This document shows, piece after piece, positions 25,939 to 30,830 of a stretch of 30,830 nucleotides of DNA. The notes under the pieces were generated by a model that did no database searches, was not told the DNA's origin, and worked only from the letters and a program-made list of their open reading frames with translations. This DNA is from a virus (Duplodnaviria > Caudoviricetes): positions 1-30,830 of IMG/VR virus record IMGVR_UViG_3300033407_000087, one strand, 5' to 3'. How positions within the stretch are numbered: the stretch's first letter is position 1; every line of letters starts with the position of its first letter. A program made the position numbers and the translations under genes.

Positions 25939-26193
25939 ATGGCGTCTACCCGAACGAAGATCACGATCACCATCAAGGCGGAAGCGGACAACGAATCGAG
26001 CGAGTCGAGCTGGGGTTACGACGAGATCACCGAGCACACACTAAGGGATGCGATTCGGGTCTTCGGGCTAAACGCGACGAGCTATTGGTTTCCAGATCGC
26101 CGGCCATTCAAGGAGCGGATCGAATCACTGTGTCGTCGCGTTGAAGGCACCCACGCCATGCAGCAGATTCAGCGAGAGGCCGGCGAAGGCTAA
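25939..26193 (+). CDS. Moron, hypothetical protein
   Basis: Starts 3 nt after the previous stop. Its stop overlaps that of the convergent zinc-finger gene. Confidence 0.6.
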   Translation: MASTRTKITITIKAEADNESSESSWGYDEITEHTLRDAIRVFGLNATSYWFPDRRPFKERIESLCRRVEGTHAMQQIQREAGEG

Positions 26194-26408
26194 CTCACCA
26201 CCGTCCACGTATAGCCGCAGCCACTCTCCAAACAGACGCAATACTGCTTGCGCTTGGCCTCGTCGGTCGGATGCGACGCCGTCGTATACACCCGCGTCCG
26301 CTCCGACCCGCAGTTCTCGCAGGGCGGCGCGGGCTTCGGTTTGCGGTACGGCGGTTCCGTGCTTTGCTGTTGCATCCGTGGTAGCTCGGCAGTGGCGGGT
26401 GGACTCAT
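26190..26408 (-). CDS. Ogr/Delta-like zinc-finger transcription activator
   Basis: CENCGSERTRVYTT...KQYCVCLESGCGYTW has C-x2-C...C-x4-C spacing as in P2 Ogr. Confidence 0.75.
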   Translation of the reverse strand: MSPPATAELPRMQQQSTEPPYRKPKPAPPCENCGSERTRVYTTASHPTDEAKRKQYCVCLESGCGYTWTVVS

Positions 26409-26410
26409 CT

Positions 26411-27202
26411 TCAACCCCGATCGACGACGGCAACGGGCGAGAGTTCGCAGTTGCAATTCGGGTGCGCTTCGTCGCCCGGTCCGCTTGGAAACACCAGACC
26501 CCAGACTTTCTCCGTCGTGCCGCTCACCGCTTCGCAGCGCGGGCAAGTGCCGCTCTTGGATCGCTCGGGGTGAATCCGCCAAATCAACTCGACCCGCACG
26601 CGCTGGCCGACACCCGCTGCCGCACCGTCGCCGCCGGCCGGTTGACCCACGCCGCCGCCGGCCGTACTGGCCCGACGCGCCGCACCGATCTGGCCGAGCG
26701 AAGTCGTGTTGACCACGACGGTTCGCGTGACGCGCTCGATCCGGCCGGACGTGAACACCTCGTCGACGGCCGTTCGTACGGTCCGCAACGCCTCGGCCGG
26801 TGTTTTGGTCCGCAGCACAGCCGCCTGAGCGTCCACCGTGGCCGCCAGTCGCCTGCGTACCGTCTCGGTGGTGCCGCGGGCCATTCGCATCGCCTGCTCG
26901 GCGGCGCGCGTCTGGTAGGCCGAGAGCGAAGCCACGGAGGCCCCGGACACAGCGGTGCCTTGCCGACGAATCTGACGAACTGTCAGCTCGTCGGTTGCCA
27001 GGAGCAAGATCAGCAAGGCCGCCGCCGTCTCGTTTTCCACGTCGCGGGCGATTTGATCCCAGACCGACTGCGGCACGGCGGCCACGCTGCCATACCGCTC
27101 GATCGCCTCGCTGATCAGCTGACGATGGCGACGGTCGAGTAAGCGAAGCTTTTTGGAAAGCTCGCCTGCGGTATTCGATCGTAGGGTGTCGAGTTGTGTC
27201 AT
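26411..27202 (-). CDS. Minor head morphogenesis protein (Mu gpF / SPP1 gp7-like)
   Basis: Follows the portal gene. C-terminal W...TCPRC...G...AHPNCNCEL. Confidence 0.85.
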   Translation of the reverse strand: MTQLDTLRSNTAGELSKKLRLLDRRHRQLISEAIERYGSVAAVPQSVWDQIARDVENETAAALLILLLATDELTVRQIRRQGTAVSGASVASLSAYQTRAAEQAMRMARGTTETVRRRLAATVDAQAAVLRTKTPAEALRTVRTAVDEVFTSGRIERVTRTVVVNTTSLGQIGAARRASTAGGGVGQPAGGDGAAAGVGQRVRVELIWRIHPERSKSGTCPRCEAVSGTTEKVWGLVFPSGPGDEAHPNCNCELSPVAVVDRG

Positions 27203-29187
27203 GGAGTCGCTTCCAACAACCCTTCCAGCGCCTTCACACGCAATGATTCGAGCCGGGCCTCGGCAACCTCGCTTGGCGGACCGCCGAATCCACGTTGGAT
27301 CGCAGATTGTCTGTCGAGCTCCTTTTGCTGGCGTACTTCTGCTGCCTTGCCGACCGCGGCGGCCGTCATTTCGCGGGCAAGTTCCGGCGACATGCCAAGG
27401 CCGGTGAGCAGTCCGATCGCCACAACTTCAGCCGTCGTGCCATCCGATACCTGATGCAAGATTTCCGCGGCGGCCGTAACCTGCGCGCCGTTGAGCGTTT
27501 CACCCGTGCCAAGTCGACCAGTATCGACGCCCTGCTGACTCGCTTTCCAGTTATCAACTTCTGGCGCCGAAGTTCCGTCGGCACCTACAAATCCAGGTTG
27601 AGCGAATCCAGGTTGAACAAGGCTTCCATAGCCGTCGACCGGACGTTGCGGTTCTGTGTTGATGTTCTCTTGCTCCTTCTCGTAGTCGAGCGCTTCCTGC
27701 TCGGCCCAGGTCCGCTTCGAGAGAATGCCAGCTTCGTGCTGCTCCTTCCGCACCCGATGGTCCTTTTCCTGGTCGCGGACTTCGATGTCTGGCGGTTCGA
27801 CGTCGACCGTCAAGATCTCCCGCAACTGCTCGACTGGGCAACGAATCCGCCCGGCGTGGGCAGCGATCTCGATCACCCGCCAGAGAACGTCCCGGTCCGC
27901 CTCCGCCTCGCCTTGCTGACAGCGCTTCATGGCGATCGTGAACGGCGTATGCGCTTCGAGGATGCTGGCGTACGTGTTGTTCGAGGCGTTGCCGGAAATC
28001 ATGTCTTCCGGAAAGCCCCACCGCCGGCCGCCCATCCGCAGCCCCGCGTCGACGACCGTCACGAGGCTTGGCCCCTGCGGCGCACCCATGGGCCCGTACA
28101 TTGTGTCGAAGTTCCGCTCGTCGACGATCTTGCCCGGATACCAACGTTCGGTCGGGATGCTCCGCGCGCCGCCTTCGCCGTAGAGTGGCGGCAGCTTCGA
28201 TTGGAACTCGACCACGCCATCGGCCATGCTCTGAATCTGCGTGTCGCGGGTGCCCGGCTTGTGCTTGCGAATTAGAGAGATCGACGCCTGGATCGCGGCT
28301 TGCTTGACGATGTTTCGCATCGCTTTTTTGCTGTCGCTGAGCCATTCCTCGGTGCCACCGTAGAAGTCCGGCAGGCCACGCTTCACGCCGCGGTCGACGT
28401 TGATCTTTTGGTGCGACATTTCCTCGGCCGGGACGTACTCCCAATCGTTCGCGTCCCCGTAGCGGAGCACGAAGTAGCCGACGACGTTCTGCGGACGGCC
28501 GGGCATGGTGGCAACACCGTATTTCCAGTTCAGGCCCACGATCCCCATGTAATTTTCAATTTCTCGGGCGTTGAGCGGTTCGGTGATCCACGACGGTTCG
28601 CAGACCTCGACGTCGCAAAAACCGCCACCGACATCCTTCGTCCGCACAAAACGCTCGCCGGACTTGCGGGTCCGGCGGAACAGTTCGACGTCCAAGTCGC
28701 CGCGCCACTTCACGCGGTCGAGAAATTCGTCGACGACCTCTTGGCACTGCCCGGCCACTTCAACGGCAACGTCGCCCGCTTCCGGCTTGGCCGCAACCGT
28801 GTGCGTCATGCCGGTGCCGATCGCGTAGCTGGTGAGCGTCTCGATGATGTTGATGCCGACCGGGTCCGTCTCGGCAATCCACTGACCGGCGCCGCGGATG
28901 AATGACAAAGCCCCTTCGTCGGTAAAGTGCGGGTGATTGTCTCCATCCTTGCGCGCGTCGGCGCGATCCTGCCGCCCACCGAACCGCCCGCCGAAGAAAT
29001 CCGCGTCCCAACGCAGGCTTTCCATCGGATCGATCAGGTCGCCCCAACCTTCGACGATCGTGCGGTCCTGCTCCTGGGCGTGACGCAGGCGAGTTTCGAG
29101 CGCGTGGATCTGCGATTCCAAGACGAGGGCCTGCTGCTGCTCCTGCAGCTCGCTGAGCTTGGCGGTCTTGTCGATCGTTGTCGTCAT
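27199..29187 (-). CDS. Portal protein with C-terminal extension
   Basis: 662 aa directly after terL. GERFV, KRGLPDF and GNASNNTYAS resemble lambda-type portal motifs. Confidence 0.88.
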   Translation of the reverse strand: MTTTIDKTAKLSELQEQQQALVLESQIHALETRLRHAQEQDRTIVEGWGDLIDPMESLRWDADFFGGRFGGRQDRADARKDGDNHPHFTDEGALSFIRGAGQWIAETDPVGINIIETLTSYAIGTGMTHTVAAKPEAGDVAVEVAGQCQEVVDEFLDRVKWRGDLDVELFRRTRKSGERFVRTKDVGGGFCDVEVCEPSWITEPLNAREIENYMGIVGLNWKYGVATMPGRPQNVVGYFVLRYGDANDWEYVPAEEMSHQKINVDRGVKRGLPDFYGGTEEWLSDSKKAMRNIVKQAAIQASISLIRKHKPGTRDTQIQSMADGVVEFQSKLPPLYGEGGARSIPTERWYPGKIVDERNFDTMYGPMGAPQGPSLVTVVDAGLRMGGRRWGFPEDMISGNASNNTYASILEAHTPFTIAMKRCQQGEAEADRDVLWRVIEIAAHAGRIRCPVEQLREILTVDVEPPDIEVRDQEKDHRVRKEQHEAGILSKRTWAEQEALDYEKEQENINTEPQRPVDGYGSLVQPGFAQPGFVGADGTSAPEVDNWKASQQGVDTGRLGTGETLNGAQVTAAAEILHQVSDGTTAEVVAIGLLTGLGMSPELAREMTAAAVGKAAEVRQQKELDRQSAIQRGFGGPPSEVAEARLESLRVKALEGLLEATP

Positions 29188-30593
29188 GTCGTCACCATTT
29201 CGGCCTGTTGTCGCTGATCTATTCCGCCGCGTGCTGCCAACTCACGAAGCACTCGCAACCCCATTTCTAGTGCGTCCGGTCCGTCGTCGTAATCTCCGAG
29301 CGGGAAGTCTTTGAGCTGAGACACGAGCAGTTCCGCGCCCTTGGACCCACGTTTGAAACGGAGTTTGCGATAGGCCAAGTAAGGGCCGACCCCCAGCCGA
29401 ATGCGGGCCACTTTGTTCTGATGTTGCTTGACCGTAGCGATCGGTGGAATGACGCCCTTGCTCCGCTCCACTGTGAGCGCATCGAGCGCACGGAAGCCAT
29501 CGACTTCGATCGCCCAACTGTGCGGCTGAAATGCGTTGCAAAGCGCCAAGCCCGCGTCGACCATCGACACTAGATCGCGGCGTGAGATATCCGCGTCGAC
29601 GTACACCGTCCCATCCTCGCCCAGCGCCAGCATGATGTACGCCTGGTAATCCGACGTGTCGGTGCGACCCAGTGATGGATCGAGCGACAGCACCCTGAAC
29701 GTAATGGTTCGGGTCGGCAACTGATCGAAGTCGACGTTCTCGAAATACTCCCCCGGCCACTCCGCTTGCTCGTGTTGACTGGGGCGCTGCTGATAGAGGG
29801 CGTTCCAGTAGTACGGACCCTGCGCCAAGCGAATCCGGTCGAGTTCTTTTTCGTCGAATCGGGCTGGCCACAGCGCCTCGCCGGGATTTCTCGACAGCGC
29901 GTCGTCTGCTTCCGCAGCGGCCGGCAAACACACCTCCCGGATCGGCTCCTCCCATGACCGCAATCGCGCAAGATAATCCTCGCGGTTCCACGGCGTGCCA
30001 ATTACCACCATGACGCCTTCCGGCTCGCGGCGGGTCCAGAATGTAGAAGTGATCCACTCCCATGTTTTCTCTCGGTATACTTCGCTTTGTGCTTGCTCGG
30101 CGTTTTTGATCAAGTCGTCGAGGATGCCTAAATGAAAGCCCTTGCCAGTCGCCGGGCCGCCAACGCCGGCCGTGCTCATGTATCCGCCATTGGTCGTTCC
30201 CCAGTCATTTGCAGCCTGTCGATCCGCCGATATTCGTCCGGGCAAGATGCCGGGCGACATGCCCGTAACTTCGAGAAACGAATCGCGGGCCTTGCGCCCC
30301 CAGCTGGCGGCGAACGTCGCTTCGTAACTTCCAAGCAGTACATTCCTTTCTGGCCAATTGGCCTCGAACCAGGTCGGCGTCCAGTGGCTCACCAACTCGC
30401 TCTTGCCATGCCGCGGCGGCATGCGAATCACCAGCACGCGCTCCGGCACTTCTCTGAGCACGAGCCTGCGAATCTCCTCGTCAATCAGTTCCAAGTGCCT
30501 TGCCATCGCCCAACGGCCCTGCGTGGCCGTTGTGGCCATTAGTCCCGGGGACAGGGCCATTCGCAATTGCTCTCTGGCGTTCAAGTTGGACAT
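29184..30593 (-). CDS. terL: Terminase large subunit
   Basis: Walker A MPPRHGKS, Walker B TGKGFHLGILDDLIK, LYQQRP, and nuclease motifs SLDPS and DDGPDAL. Confidence 0.96.
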   Translation of the reverse strand: MSNLNAREQLRMALSPGLMATTATQGRWAMARHLELIDEEIRRLVLREVPERVLVIRMPPRHGKSELVSHWTPTWFEANWPERNVLLGSYEATFAASWGRKARDSFLEVTGMSPGILPGRISADRQAANDWGTTNGGYMSTAGVGGPATGKGFHLGILDDLIKNAEQAQSEVYREKTWEWITSTFWTRREPEGVMVVIGTPWNREDYLARLRSWEEPIREVCLPAAAEADDALSRNPGEALWPARFDEKELDRIRLAQGPYYWNALYQQRPSQHEQAEWPGEYFENVDFDQLPTRTITFRVLSLDPSLGRTDTSDYQAYIMLALGEDGTVYVDADISRRDLVSMVDAGLALCNAFQPHSWAIEVDGFRALDALTVERSKGVIPPIATVKQHQNKVARIRLGVGPYLAYRKLRFKRGSKGAELLVSQLKDFPLGDYDDGPDALEMGLRVLRELAARGGIDQRQQAEMVTT

Positions 30594-30830
30594 ACGAACC
30601 GTCTCTGCGTGCGTCGTCGACCATTGCCTTCAACTCTTCCATTACATGGGAATGTTCCACCTTGCCGCTGTGCTTCGTCTCCACGACGTCCCGGTACTTT
30701 TCTGGGGCCGCCCCCTTCATCAAAAAAATCAACAGCGTGTCCGAATACTTTCTTTTGCGACCGCAGCGTAGCCCATCGTGAAATACCGGCTCATCCCAGC
30801 CATCGACTGCGCGGCGGCGTGCTTCGCTTT
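30481..30830 (-). CDS. terS: Terminase small subunit, 5'-truncated by the window
   Basis: Frame open to the edge: SEARRRAVDGWDEPVFHDG...RKYSDTLLIFLMKGAAPEKYRD. Immediately upstream of terL. Confidence 0.8.
   Translation of the reverse strand, partial: SEARRRAVDGWDEPVFHDGLRCGRKRKYSDTLLIFLMKGAAPEKYRDVVETKHSGKVEHSHVMEELKAMVDDARRDGSYVQLERQRAIANGPVPGTNGHNGHAGPLGDGKALGTD

Larger units (their letters stand above)
1..30830. mobile_element. Tailed dsDNA temperate phage / prophage segment (siphovirus-like)
   Basis: Canonical order terS-terL-portal-head-neck-tail tube-G/GT-TMP-tail tip on the minus strand, plus XRE regulator, tyrosine recombinase, ERF and helicase. No host housekeeping genes and no sheath gene recognised. 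Confidence 0.97.

Overview
The whole window is one GC-rich tailed dsDNA phage or prophage segment with siphovirus-like organisation. The host is unknown; a Planctomycetota-like host is only my impression. The right two-thirds (about 8.2-30.8 kb, minus strand) is a virion morphogenesis operon. In order it encodes terminase small and large subunits, portal, minor head protein, an Ogr/Delta-like zinc finger, prohead protease/scaffold, decoration protein, major capsid, neck proteins, tail tube, G/GT chaperones with a -1 slippery site, tape measure, tail-tip proteins and a mosaic tail fibre. Antisense moron genes with their own, often leaderless, promoters interrupt this operon. The left end (1-3.1 kb, minus) is an early recombination/replication operon: SF2 helicase N-terminus, DUF3102-like protein, ERF annealase and a heptad-repeat protein. 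Between the arms lies an unusual control region. A single XRE HTH gene is bracketed by two pairs of inverted repeats and overlapping promoters, and two long structured non-coding leaders diverge from it and share a 17-nt motif. Further right are a Tat-signal microprotein, a tyrosine recombinase, a lox/FRT-like 12-8-12 palindrome and an excisionase-like HTH. This control region is the best candidate for an undescribed system, either an invertible or an RNA-controlled lysis/lysogeny switch. No tRNA, rRNA, CRISPR array, reverse transcriptase or recognisable lysis cassette was seen. All product calls come from motif recognition and synteny by eye, not from database searches.
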